Shown: one piece after another, positions 1-10,545 of the stretch
Position numbering within the stretch: position 1 is the stretch's first letter
Layout: every line of letters begins with the position of its first letter
Source of the DNA: Trueperaceae bacterium
Lineage (GTDB): Bacteria > Deinococcota > Deinococci > Deinococcales > Trueperaceae
Direction of reading: 5' to 3'
NCBI GenBank assembly: GCA_034521815.1
Contig: JAXHLW010000013.1
Span: 1,472,001 to 1,536,000 of the forward strand
Length of the DNA: 64,000 nt
Translations under genes and position numbers: made by a program
The notes under the pieces: generated by a model
What the model was told of the DNA's origin: nothing
The model's input: only the letters and a program-made list of their open reading frames with translations
The model's database searches: none

Positions 1-43
1 GGATCCGCCCCGAGCCCGGTTTCGCGGATCCGAGGAGCACGCC

Positions 44-289
44 GTGAGCGCGCTGTTCGACGCGGTCCTGCTGGCGCTGCTGATCACGACGGCGGTCACG
101 ATCGCGCGGGCGCGCGACCTGGCGACGGCCGTGGTGGTGTTCGGGCTGTACGGGCTGCTGCTCTGCCTGCTCTGGCAGCACCGGGGAGCGCCCGACGTGG
201 CGATCACCGAGGCCGCGATCGGCTCGGGCGTCACGACCGTGTTGTTCCTCGTCGCCGTGACCCGTACGGCGCGGACGGAACGGCGATGA
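44..289 (+). CDS. Mrp/Mnh antiporter small subunit (DUF4040, MrpA C-terminal/MrpB-associated)
   Basis: Hydrophobic 81 aa with APDVAITEAAIGSG motif; first visible gene of the mrp operon. Confidence 0.85.
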   Translation: MSALFDAVLLALLITTAVTIARARDLATAVVVFGLYGLLLCLLWQHRGAPDVAITEAAIGSGVTTVLFLVAVTRTARTERR

Positions 290-1033
290 GGTCCGTCTCG
301 TTCCGGTCGTTCGCGCTGATCGTCGTCGTCGTCCTCATCAGCGTGCCGCTGGTCGTCACCGTCGCCTCCCTGCCCGCGCACGGCACGTCCGACGCGCCCG
401 CCCACGAAGCGGTGGCCAGTCGCTACGTCGAGCACGGCGCCGAGGAGACCGGCATGACCAACCTCGTGACCGCCGTGCTCCTGGACTACCGCGGGTTCGA
501 CACGTTCGTCGAGGTCGTCGTGATGTTCGCGGCGTTGATGGCGATGCTGGCGCTGCCGCGGGGCGACCTGGACCAGGACGGCACGCCGGAGACGGGCGGG
601 GACGCGCTGACGGCAGAGGGCTCAGGGGTGGAGGTCAGCCCGGTCGTGTTCTACGTCGTGCGCACCTTGGCGCCGTTCATCGCCCTGTTCGCCATCGCCA
701 TGCTGTACCGCGGGCACGTGTCGCCGGGCGGCGGCTTCCAGAGCGCCGCGGTGCTGGCTGCGCTGTTCGTCGTCCTGACGCTGGTCCTGGGACGCGCCCG
801 GACCGAGCGGCTGCTCGGGGCTCGCGCGCAGCCGTGGCTGGAGGGCGCCGCGCCGCTGGCGTTCGCGCTGGTGGGCGGGGCGGGCATGCTGCTGGGCGGC
901 GCGTTCCTGAGCCGCCCGGGACACGGTGGACGTTCACCTGGTGCAGGAGACGATGGGGTTCGCGCTGGAGGTCGGCATCGCGGTCGGCGGCGCGGTGATC
1001 CTGGCCCGCCTGTTCCTGACGGTGGAGCGCTGA
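286..1033 (+). CDS. mrpB: Na+/H+ antiporter subunit B; frameshift near 915
   Basis: NLVTAVLLDYRGFDTFVE and GHVSPGGGFQ motifs; alternative frame continues ...GFALEVGIAVGGAVILARLFLTVER* to TGA 1031-1033, just before mrpC. Confidence 0.85.
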
Positions 1034-1034
1034 C

Positions 1035-1385
1035 GTGCTGCTCTTCGGCGTCGACCTGGACTACCTGGCGTTCGGCGTGCTGTTCTCCGTCGGGCTGTAC
1101 ATGATCATCGCGAAGAGCAACCTGATCAAGAAGGTGCTGGGCCTGAACGTGATGCAGACCGCGGTGTTCGCCCTGCTGGTGACGTCCGGCATGATCGACG
1201 GCGCCGACCCGCCGATCCGGACGGCGGCGACCAGCGCGCCGTTCGCGAATCCGCTGCCGCAGGCGATGGTGCTGACGGGGATCGTCGTGGCGGTCGCCCT
1301 CACGGCGGTGGCGCTGGCGCTGATCGTGCAGATCCACGCCGATTACGGCACGATCGAGGTGGACGAGCTCAAGGAAGCACCGTGA
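1035..1385 (+). CDS. mrpC: Na+/H+ antiporter subunit C
   Basis: NLIKKVLGL and NPLPQAMVLTGIVV motifs. Confidence 0.93.
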   Translation: MLLFGVDLDYLAFGVLFSVGLYMIIAKSNLIKKVLGLNVMQTAVFALLVTSGMIDGADPPIRTAATSAPFANPLPQAMVLTGIVVAVALTAVALALIVQIHADYGTIEVDELKEAP

Positions 1386-2869
1386 CCTGGGGCGACGCGC
1401 TTCCCTGGCTGGTGGCGCTGCCGTGGACCGGCGCCGTGGCGACCCTGGCGCTCGGAGCGCGAGGCCCTCGGGTGGCGGGAGGCCTGGCGTGGATCGTCCT
1501 GATCGCGACGACCGCGCTGGCGGTGGGCCCGGTCCTGGAGGTCGCGCGCCACGGCCCGTTCTCGTACGCGCTTGGCGGCTGGCCGGCGCCGTACGGCGTG
1601 GAGCTCCGTTTCGACCATTTCAGTGCCTGGGTGCTGCCGCTGGCGCTGCTGTTCGTGTTGATCGTCCCGTTCTCGTGGCGTTACCTCGAGGGGACGATTC
1701 CGCACGAGCGCCAGGCGCCGTTCTACGCCTTGCTGCTGCTGAACGCCGGCGCGATGATCGGGTTCACGATCAGCGCGGACCTGTTCAACCTGTTCGTGTT
1801 CATGGAGGTCGTGTCGCTCTCCAGCTACGCCCTGGTCGCCATCGCCGGGCGCGGCCTGGCCGCCTGGGCGGCGCTGAAGTACCTGCTGATCGGCGCGGTG
1901 GCGTCGATGCTGATGCTGCTGGGCGTGACGTTCGTGTTCGTGCTGACCGGCAGCGTGAATCTGGCGGACGTGACCGCGCGTCTCGCGGCGGGCGTGGATC
2001 CGGTGCCGGCCGCGACCGCGATCGCCCTGCTGGCCACCTCGTTCCTGGTCAAGGCGGCGCTGTTCCCGCTGCACGTCTGGCTGCCCGACGCGCACGCCAT
2101 CGCGCCCAGCCCGGTGAGCGCGGTGCTGTCGGGCATGGTCGTCAAGATCGGCATCGTCGGGCTGATCCGGCTGTACCAGCTGGCGTACGGCTCGGCGGCG
2201 TTCGAGATGGCCGGCGTCAACATGCTGCTGGTCTGGGTGGGCGCGATCGCGATCGTGATGGGCGCGTTCCTGGCCATGGTGCAGAACGACATCAAGCTGA
2301 TGCTGGCGTACTCGACGATCTCGAACGTGGGCTACATCGTGATGGGGCTCGCCCTGGCGTCGCCGTACGCCGCGATCGGCGGGGTGGCGCACGTGTTCAA
2401 CCACGCGCTGATCAAGGTGACGCTGTTCCTGGCCGCTGGAGCGTTGATCCACGCCACCGGCTTCCGGACCCTGACCGATCTGAGCGGCGTGGCCAGGGCG
2501 ATGCCGTACACCGCCGCGACGATGGCGATCGGCGCGATCTCGATCGTCGGGCTGCCCCCGACGGCGGGGTTCGTGTGCAAGTGGTACATCGCCCTGGGCG
2601 CGTTCCAGGCCCGCCAGGCCGGCTTCGGCTTCGCGCTGGTGTTCGGGGCGCTGCTGATCTTCGTGTACTACGTGCGGATGCTGAACGCGCTGTACTTCAA
2701 GCCGGCGCTGCACGACGCCGTCCGAAACGCCACGGAGGTGCCGTGGTCGATGCGGGCGCCGATGCTCCTCGCGGCGCTGGCGTGCCTGGTGATGGGCGTG
2801 CTGGGCGGCGTGCCGCTGTCGTTCGTCGAGCCGGCCGTGCTGGACATGCTGCCCGCGTGGGGACCGTGA
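1382..2869 (+). CDS. mrpD: Na+/H+ antiporter subunit D (proton-conducting membrane transporter)
   Basis: GGWPAPYGVE, DLFNLFVFMEV, KAALFPLHVWLPDAH, LAYSTIS motifs. Confidence 0.92.
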   Translation: MTWGDALPWLVALPWTGAVATLALGARGPRVAGGLAWIVLIATTALAVGPVLEVARHGPFSYALGGWPAPYGVELRFDHFSAWVLPLALLFVLIVPFSWRYLEGTIPHERQAPFYALLLLNAGAMIGFTISADLFNLFVFMEVVSLSSYALVAIAGRGLAAWAALKYLLIGAVASMLMLLGVTFVFVLTGSVNLADVTARLAAGVDPVPAATAIALLATSFLVKAALFPLHVWLPDAHAIAPSPVSAVLSGMVVKIGIVGLIRLYQLAYGSAAFEMAGVNMLLVWVGAIAIVMGAFLAMVQNDIKLMLAYSTISNVGYIVMGLALASPYAAIGGVAHVFNHALIKVTLFLAAGALIHATGFRTLTDLSGVARAMPYTAATMAIGAISIVGLPPTAGFVCKWYIALGAFQARQAGFGFALVFGALLIFVYYVRMLNALYFKPALHDAVRNATEVPWSMRAPMLLAALACLVMGVLGGVPLSFVEPAVLDMLPAWGP

Positions 2870-2870
2870 C

Positions 2871-4362
2871 GTGGACGTCGTCGACCCTCGCCCGATCCTG
2901 GCTCCGCTGGTGTCGTTCGTGTGCGCGGCCCTGGTGTTCGGTGCGGGTCGTCGCGCCTTCTGGCGGCGCTTCTGGAGCTTCGCGGCTGCGGCGATCAAGC
3001 TGGGCCTGGTGGCGTCGATGCTGCCCGGCACGCTACGCGGCACGGTGTACGTCTACGAGCTGGTCGAGTTCACGCCCGGCATCGGCATCGCCTTCCGCGC
3101 GGACGCGTTCGGGATGTTCTTCGCGCTGGTCTCCTCCACCCTCTGGGTGCTGACGACGGTCTACGCGATCGGGTACATGCGGGGCGACCGCGACCTGGTC
3201 CGCTTCTTCGGGTTCTTCGCGCTGTGCGTCTCGACCACGGTCGGCGTGGCGTTCGCCGAGAACCTGCTCACCTTCTTCCTGTTCTACGAGGCGCTCACGA
3301 TCTGCACCTACCCGCTGGTGGTCCATGCCGAGACGCCCGAGGCGCTCCGGGCGGGCCGGATCTACCTGACCTACACGCTCATCGGCGGCGGCCTGGCGTT
3401 GATCGGCTCGGTCATGACGCTGAACGCGGCGGGGACGCTGACGCTCGCCGGAGACGGGAATCCTGTCACGCGAGGTGGGCGACGGCACGCTGGCCGCGAT
3501 CTTCGTGGCGCTGGTGGCCGGGTTCGGGGTCAAGGCGGCGATCATGCCGCTGCACGGCTGGCTGCCCATCGCGATGGTCGCGCCCACCCCGGTCAGCGCG
3601 CTGCTGCACGCCGTTGCGGTGGTGAAGGTGGGTGCGTTCGGCGTGACGCGCGTGATCCACAACGTGTTCGGCGTCGAGCTGCTGAGCGAGCTCGGCTACG
3701 CCCGGCCGCTGGCGTGGCTGGCCGGGTTCACGATCGTGGCCGCCTCGCTGATCGCGTTGCGGCAGGACCACCTGAAGCGACGGCTGGCGTACTCGACGAT
3801 CAGCCAGCTCTCCTACATCGTGCTGGGCGCCGCGCTGTTGACGCCGCTCGCGGCGACCGCGGCGGTGGTGCACATCGCCCACCAGGCGTTCGCGAAGATC
3901 ACCATGTTCTTCGTCGTCGGCGCGATCCAGCGTCGCAGCGGCGCGACGCACGTGAGTCAGCTGTCGGGCGTGGGGACGGTGATGCCGTGGAGCATGGCGG
4001 CGTTCACCGTCGCCTCGCTGTCGTTCATCGGCGTACCGCTGTTCGCGGGATTCATCACGAAGTGGTACCTGTCTCTGGGGGCGCTGGACGCCGGGGCGTG
4101 GTGGGCGTTGGCCGTGATGATCGTCAGCTCGCTGCTGAACGCGGCGTACTGGTTCCCGATCGTGCACCGGGCGTACTTCCGTCCCCCTGACGAGCGGTTC
4201 GAGGGCGTGACCGAGGCGCCGCCGATCCTTCTCGTCCCGATCGTGATCTGCGCGGCGTACGTGATCCTGCTGGGCCTGTCGGGCGAGGTCCCCGGCCTGC
4301 CGTTCTCGGTCGCGCGGGTCGCGGTCGAGCACGCCTTCGGCCTGCCGCCGGTGACGCCGTGA
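2871..4362 (+). CDS. MrpD-family antiporter subunit (second copy); frameshift near 3450-3475
   Basis: N-half in ORF 2871 (ENLLTFFLFYE), C-half in ORF 3475 (KAAIMPLHGWLPIAMVAPTPVSALLHAVAVVK, LAYSTISQ). Confidence 0.88.
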
Positions 4363-5864
4363 CGCCGGCCACCCCGTCGTTCTGGCCGCTGGTCGCGGTC
4401 GTCGCACCGCTGGCGGGCGCGGTGGTCGCCGCCTTCGGGCCGCGGATCGCTGCACGCCTGCGCGACGCGGGGCTGCTGGCGGTCGCCACCGCGACCACGG
4501 CGGTGGCCGCCGTTCTGATGCGCGGGACCGCGCAGGGAACGAGCTACGACATCCTCGTCCTGCAGATGACCACGCGGGCCTGGTTGCAGCTCCGGGTCGA
4601 TCCGGCCGGCGCCGCGTACGGCCTGACGGTCTCGGCGTTATGGGTGCTGGCGCTGGTGTACGCGCTGGGCTACCTGCGCGACGACCCGCGTCTGGCCCGC
4701 TACCTGGCGTTCGTGATGATCTGCCTGTCGTGCACGCTGGGGGTGGCGTACGCCGGCGATCTGCTGACGCTGCTGATCTTCTTCGAGCTGCTCTCGGTGC
4801 TGAGCTACGTGCTGATCGTGCACGAGCAGACGCCGGCCGCCCTGGCCGCGGGTACGAAGTACATCGTGTACGTGCTGATCGGCGGCAGCCTGATCCTGGG
4901 CGGCGTGCTGCTGACGTTCTACCTCGCAGCTACCTCGGTGTTCGCCCCCGGCGGCTTCCTGCACGCCGGGATGCCGCGCGCCTACCTCGTGGCCACGTTC
5001 GCCGCGTTCGTCGCCGGCTTCGGCGTCAAGGCCGCGCTGGTGCCGTTGCACGGCTGGGTGCCCGACGCCCACCCCGCCGCGCCGCCGCCGTTCTCGGCCC
5101 TGCTGTCGGGCGTGCTGGTCGCCTCGGGCGGGTTCGGGCTGCTGCGCGTCCTGTTCGGCGTGTTCGGGCCGGAGCTCCTGGGCACGCTGGGCGTGCTGCC
5201 CTGGCTGGCGGCCGCGTCCGGCGTCACGATCGTGGTGGGCGGGGTCCTGGCGATCCGCCAGCCGGACCTGAAGCGCCGGCTGGCGTACTCGACGATCAGT
5301 CAGATGGGGTACCTGGCGCTGGCCCTGGCGCTGGCCACGCCGGCGACGGTGGCGGCGGGGCTGGTGCATCTCACGCACCACGCGTTCCTGAAGGCGACGC
5401 TGTTCTTCTGCGCCGGCGTCTGGATCCACCTGCTGGGCGCGCGCACGCTGAGCGAGCTGCGCGGAGCCGCCGCGCGCACGCCGCTGGTGGCGGCCGCGTT
5501 CACGCTGGCGGCGCTGGGCATGATGGGCACGCCGCCCCTGTCGGGGTTCGTCAGCAAGTGGTGGCTGGGCATCGCGGTCCTGGACGCGGACGCGCCGTGG
5601 GCGCTGGCGGTGGTGCTGGTGGGCGCGCTGCTGGCCGCCGGCTACCTGCTGCCGGTGGTGTACGCGCTGTACCTGGGCACCAGCGCGGACGAGACGCTCA
5701 CGGTGCGGCCCACGGCGACCCGGCGGCGGGTGCCGGCGCGCCTGTTGGTCCCCACGGTGATCGCCGCGGCCCTGACCCTCGTGTTCGGCCTGGCGTCGGG
5801 GGCCAGCGGGTTCCCCCTGGCGCTGGCGCGACGCGCGGCGACCGTCCTGTTCGGGGGTGGCTGA
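4359..5864 (+). CDS. MrpD-family antiporter subunit (third copy)
   Basis: DLLTLLIFFE, KAALVPLHGWVPDAHP, LKRRLAYSTISQ. Confidence 0.88.
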   Translation: MTPATPSFWPLVAVVAPLAGAVVAAFGPRIAARLRDAGLLAVATATTAVAAVLMRGTAQGTSYDILVLQMTTRAWLQLRVDPAGAAYGLTVSALWVLALVYALGYLRDDPRLARYLAFVMICLSCTLGVAYAGDLLTLLIFFELLSVLSYVLIVHEQTPAALAAGTKYIVYVLIGGSLILGGVLLTFYLAATSVFAPGGFLHAGMPRAYLVATFAAFVAGFGVKAALVPLHGWVPDAHPAAPPPFSALLSGVLVASGGFGLLRVLFGVFGPELLGTLGVLPWLAAASGVTIVVGGVLAIRQPDLKRRLAYSTISQMGYLALALALATPATVAAGLVHLTHHAFLKATLFFCAGVWIHLLGARTLSELRGAAARTPLVAAAFTLAALGMMGTPPLSGFVSKWWLGIAVLDADAPWALAVVLVGALLAAGYLLPVVYALYLGTSADETLTVRPTATRRRVPARLLVPTVIAAALTLVFGLASGASGFPLALARRAATVLFGGG

Positions 5865-8155
5865 GATGACCTGGCCGCTGGCGCTGGTGCTGGTGCCACT
5901 TGTGGGCACGCTCCCGCTGATCTTCGCGGGTCGGCGAGGCCGCGGCTGGGTGGACGGCTGGGCGGTCGCCGCGACCGGAGCGACGTTCGCGTCGGTCGTC
6001 TCGACGCTGCCGGCCGTGCTGCGCGACGGCGCGATCGAGAGCGAGCTTCCAGCGGCGCTGGGTGCGCTCACCTTCTCGTTGAACGGCTTCGGCCTGCTCG
6101 TGGCGTTGGCGGCTTCGCTGGTGTGGTGGACGTCCACGATCTACGCGGGGCCGTACCTGCACGGTCGTCGCGAGCGCCGCTTCCACCTGGCCAGCCTGGC
6201 GTCGCTCGCGGCGATGCTGGGGGTGCTGATCGCGGGCGACCTGATCACGCTGTACGTGTTCTTCGAGTGGCTGGGCCTGGTGGCGTACCTGGTCGTCGTG
6301 CACGAGGGAGGCCCTGCGGCCGAGCGGGCGGGCCTGAAGTACCTGGTGCTGACGCTGCTGGGCGGGCTGGCGCTGCTGACGGGCGTGCTGCTGGTGCACG
6401 GCCTGGGCGGCGGCGACCTGTCCGTCGCGGTTCCCATGGGCGAGGGCCGCGAGGGCGTGCGCGCCTGGGCGGCGGGCTTCCTGATCGCCGGGTTCGGCGT
6501 CAAGGCCGGCCTGCTGGGCTTGCACGTCTGGCTCCCCGACGCGCACACCGCCGCACCGGCGCCCGGCAGCGCGATCCTCTCGGGCGTGATGATCAAGGCC
6601 GGCGTGGTCGGCCTGGCGCGTACGCTGGGCGTCCTGTACGGCGCGCCGCCGAGCGACGCGGGCGCCGGCGTGGACGCGGGGCTCGCGCCGGGCACAGCCC
6701 TGCCGCTGGGCGAATCGATCCAGCTGGGCGAGACGCTGCGGTGGGCCGGGTCGCTGCCGCTCGGCGAGACGCTGGCGCTGGCGCTGATGGGGATCGGCTT
6801 GGCGGGTGCGCTGGCCGGCGCGGCGATGGCGCTGTGGCAACACGAAGCCAAGCGCCTGCTGGCGTACAGCAGCGTGTCGCAGATGGGGTTCGTGCTGGTG
6901 GGCGTCGGGGCGGCGCGCTACCTGGGCGCGGACGGCGCGGTCGGCTGGACCGGCGCGTTCGCGCACATCGCCAACCACGCGGTGTTCAAGGGCCTGTTGT
7001 TCCTGGGCCTGGGGGCGGTGATCCACGCGACCGGGGTGGGCGACCTGCGGAGGCTGGGCGGATTGGCTCGGCGCATGCCGTGGACGTTCGCGTTCGTGCT
7101 GGTCGCGGCTGGGGGCATCGTGGGCGTCCCGGGGCTGAACGGCTTCGCCAGCAAGAGCGTGCTGCACCACGCGGTGGCCGAGGCGGCCGAGCACGGCCAC
7201 GTCGCCGGCATGGCCCTGCTGGAGCCGCTGTTCACGCTGGGCACGATCGGCACGGCGGCCGCGCTGGTGAAGCTGGTCGCGATGACGTTCCTGGGCAGGT
7301 CGCGTCTGGACGCCGGGGTGACGGTGCACGCCACGCCGTGGCGCATGCGCGGCGCGATGGGCGCGCTGGCGGCGGTCGTGGTGATTCTCGGGATCGTTCC
7401 GCAGAGCGTGGCGCCCCTGCTGACCGGCGGCCTGGCGTCGTGGGGCGTGCCCGCAGGCGACGTCGCGGCCCGCCTGACCGGCCCGCTCTCCCACGGGAGC
7501 GACCTCCGAGCCGCCCTTCTGGCGCTGGTCCTCGGCGCGGCGGTGCACGCCGTCGCGGCGCGCGCCGGTGCCTACGCGGTCCGTCCTCCGGCCTGGTCGT
7601 CGCTGGACAGGATCCTGGTGGGGCTCGCTACCGCCGGCGTCCGTCTTGCGCGGGCCGTCGCCCTGGGGCACGAGCAGGTCGCGGAATCGGTCGAGGACCT
7701 CGCCGACCGTCGCGCCGCGGCGCGGGCGGCGCAGCGGGACGCGGCGGGTAAGGTCGCCCGACGTCCAGTGCCGAGCGCGGCGTCCGGCGTCCAGTGCCGA
7801 GCGCGGCGGCGCGGCGTCGTTCCCGTCGCTCGAGGCGCTGGTGGACCGGGCGTTCACCTGGCTACGCCGGCCCAGCGACGCCTGGCGCTGGCTGGACGCC
7901 ACGGTCCGGCGAATCGCCTACCGCCTGGACCGGACCCGCCTGATCGAGGCGTCCATGCGGACCGATCAGCAGCGTCGGGGGCGCGCCGCCGCACGCGCCG
8001 CGGCGGGCGAGGCGCGCGAGGCGGAGCGGGACCGACTGGTGCACGGCGCTCGCCGCGAGGTTCGGCGCATCAGTCGCGACGTCGGGATGGCCATCGCCGT
8101 CGTGTTCGTGACGTGGCTCGTCCTCCTCGCCGGCCTGACGGTCGGCGCAGGCTGA
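5857..8155 (+). CDS. MrpD/NuoL-family antiporter-like subunit (fourth copy) with C-terminal extension; frame switch near 7760-7815
   Basis: KAGLLGLHVWLPDAH, AKRLLAYSSVSQ, HAVFKGLLFL; C-terminus continues in the 7568 frame ending in a TM helix before the terminator. Confidence 0.8.
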
Positions 8156-8211
8156 ACGAGCCGCCCCGGCTAGCGGGGCGGCTCGTCCGTCGCCCGTCCG
8201 TGATGGACGGG
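8156..8211. terminator. Hairpins between convergent genes (probable bidirectional terminator)
   Basis: Perfect 13-bp stem acgagccgccccg/cggggcggctcgt (8156-8186) plus a 7-bp stem cccgtcc/ggacggg. Confidence 0.7.
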
Positions 8212-8231
8212 GCCGAAAGGATCTCTGGACG

Positions 8232-8897
8232 TCAGGCGGGAACGCCGACGGCCGAGCGGATCGCCTCGACGAACTGCTTCTTGGGCTGCGCGCCCAGGAC
8301 GCGGTTCTCGTTGCTCTGACCGATCACCGTGTCGGGCACGCTCGAGATGCGGAACGCCTGGCTGAGGACGGGGAACTCGTTCGCTTCGACGCCCTCGGCG
8401 ATCACGTTGTCGTTGGCCAGCGCCAGCTCGAACGCGGTGAGTACGGCGCGGGGGCAGTACGGGCAGGTCGGGGTGACGAACGTCTGGAGCAGCAGGGGCT
8501 GTGCGAGCTCGCCGACCTTGTCGTCGGGAATCTCGTCGTCCGCGACCATCCGCAGACCTTCGAGAAGCGTGGTGAACTCGTAGCCGCTGGGCAGGCCCAG
8601 GAACCGCAGGTTCGTGCGGGTGTCGCCCTTGCGGCGGAACACGATCGTCGGGGCGCGGGTGATGCCGGCCGCCCGAGCCTCGGGGTCGCCGTCGATCGGC
8701 GCCTCGGTCACGGTGACCTTGTCGCTGAGCTCGGCGAGCTCGCGCAGCAGGCCGAGCGTCTCGTCCTGATGGCCGGTGGCGTCGCCGCCGGGAACGACCA
8801 GCTTGCCGCCGGTGAACACCTTGAGCTCGACCTCGTGGGCGAGCTCCTCGAGCATCGGCCGGACCTGGTCTTTGACGTCGTCGGTGAGTAGTGGCAT
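8232..8897 (-). CDS. Protein disulfide oxidoreductase (AhpF N-terminal/PDO, two thioredoxin folds)
   Basis: GLPSGYEFTTLL, FVTPTCPYCP, SSVP cis-Pro loop, GAQPKKQF. Confidence 0.88.
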   Translation of the reverse strand: MPLLTDDVKDQVRPMLEELAHEVELKVFTGGKLVVPGGDATGHQDETLGLLRELAELSDKVTVTEAPIDGDPEARAAGITRAPTIVFRRKGDTRTNLRFLGLPSGYEFTTLLEGLRMVADDEIPDDKVGELAQPLLLQTFVTPTCPYCPRAVLTAFELALANDNVIAEGVEANEFPVLSQAFRISSVPDTVIGQSNENRVLGAQPKKQFVEAIRSAVGVPA

Positions 8898-9008
8898 AGA
8901 ATGCCTCCTTCGCTGAGACCGAGCGTATCACATACCCCTCCCGGGTATGTTCGAACGCCGACACGATCCGAATCCGACCCCCGCCCGCCCGGTGGTACGC
9001 TGCGGCCG

Positions 9009-9719
9009 ATGCGCGAGGACCGTGGCCCCGACCAGCTCAGGCCGATCCGACTCACGACCGGCGTGAACCGCTGGGCCGAAGGATCGGCGCTGGTCGTGTG
9101 GGGCGACACGCGCGTGCTGGCCACCGTCTCCGTCGAGGATCGCCTGCCGCGGCACCTCCGCGGGGGCGGAGCCCGGAGCGGCTGGCTGACCGCCGAGTAC
9201 GCGCTCCTCCCCCGCTCGACCGAGACGCGCCGGCCTCGCGAGCGGCTGTACGCCAGCGGTCGCACCCAGGAGATCCAGCGGCTGATCGGTCGCTCGCTGC
9301 GGGCCGCGGTCGATCTGGAGGCGTTTCCGAAGAAGACGCTCACCGTGGACGTCGACGTGCTGCAGGCCGACGGCGGGACCCGCTGCGCCGGCATCCTGGC
9401 CGGCTACGCCGCGCTGCACCAGCTGGCCGACCGGGCCGTCCGCGACGGAACGCTCTCGGAGTGGCCGTTGATCCACGAGCTGGCCGCCGTCAGCGTGGGG
9501 CTCGTGGACGGCGAGGCGCGCACCGACCTCGACTACCGCGAGGACGACGCCGCCAGCCTGGACCTGAACGTCGTGGCGACCGTCGACGGGCGCCTCGTGG
9601 AGGTCCAGGGAGGGTCGGAGGCCGGACCGGTGGACGCCGAGACCTACGTGAGCCTGGTGGGTCGCGGCGTGGCCGCGGTCGCCGAGGTGCTGGCGCGGGT
9701 CAAGGGAGACCTGGCATGA
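9009..9719 (+). CDS. rph: Ribonuclease PH
   Basis: GWLTAEYALLPRST, SGRTQEIQRLIGRSLRA, DVLQADGGTRCA, DLDYRED. Confidence 0.95.
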   Translation: MREDRGPDQLRPIRLTTGVNRWAEGSALVVWGDTRVLATVSVEDRLPRHLRGGGARSGWLTAEYALLPRSTETRRPRERLYASGRTQEIQRLIGRSLRAAVDLEAFPKKTLTVDVDVLQADGGTRCAGILAGYAALHQLADRAVRDGTLSEWPLIHELAAVSVGLVDGEARTDLDYREDDAASLDLNVVATVDGRLVEVQGGSEAGPVDAETYVSLVGRGVAAVAEVLARVKGDLA

Positions 9720-10393
9720 CCGACGCTCCATCTCCGCCGCGCGACGCTCATCCGTTGCGGCTGGTGCTGGCCACCGCCAACGCCGGCAAGATCGCCGAGC
9801 TGCGCGACGCCCTCGCGGACCGCGAGGTCGAGCTCCTCGCCGCCGCCGAGGCGGGCGCAGGCCGCTTCCCTCCCGAGGAGGGCGACAGCTACGAGGCGAA
9901 CGCGCTGGTCAAGGCGGCCCACGTCGCCGCCGCCACCGGGCTGCCGGCGCTGGCCGACGATTCCGGCCTCGAGGTGGACGCTCTGAACGGCGCTCCGGGC
10001 CTCTACTCGGCCCGCTTCGGCGGCGACGATCTGGGCGACGGCGAGCGGATCGCGTACCTGCTGGCGCGGATGCGAACGGTTCCCGACGAGGAGCGCACCG
10101 CACGCTTCGTCAGCGTGCTGGTGCTGGCCACGCCCGCCGGCGAAGTGCGCACGTTCGAAGGTCGCTGCGAAGGCACGATCCTGCACGGTCCGCGTGGACG
10201 CGCAGGGTTCGGCTACGACCCGGTGTTCTGGTCGCGAGAGCTGGGCAAGGGGTTCGGCCAGGCCAGCCAGGCCGAGAAGCGAGCCGTGAGCCACCGGGGC
10301 CGGGCCCTGGAGCGGTTCGCCGCCTGGCTGGACCAGCCGGAGGCGGACACCGTGCTGCGCTCGCGCGACCCGTTCGGCGACCCCCCCGACTGA
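9716..10393 (+). CDS. rdgB: dITP/XTP pyrophosphatase (HAM1 family)
   Basis: LATANAGK, ADDSGLEVDALNGAPGLYSARF, GFGYDPVF, SHRGRA; ATGA overlap with rph. Confidence 0.95.
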   Translation: MTDAPSPPRDAHPLRLVLATANAGKIAELRDALADREVELLAAAEAGAGRFPPEEGDSYEANALVKAAHVAAATGLPALADDSGLEVDALNGAPGLYSARFGGDDLGDGERIAYLLARMRTVPDEERTARFVSVLVLATPAGEVRTFEGRCEGTILHGPRGRAGFGYDPVFWSRELGKGFGQASQAEKRAVSHRGRALERFAAWLDQPEADTVLRSRDPFGDPPD

Positions 10394-10545
10394 GCGGTCG
10401 CCCAGCGGGCGAACGCCGACGGAGCTGGAGCCAGCGAGCAAGGAACACGTTCGCATTCACGCGCCGGCTCTAGCATGGGGGTGTCCGGACGTCGGGCATG
10501 GCGACCGCCGCCGAGCGCGCCGCGACGCTGGACGAAGGAGGACCG

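Noticed and set aside
1343-7902. Long antisense and alternate-frame ORFs (also 29182-31518, 47344-48981, 52685-54370)
   Set aside because: Arg/Gly/Pro-rich shadow ORFs expected in high-GC DNA opposite well-supported genes.
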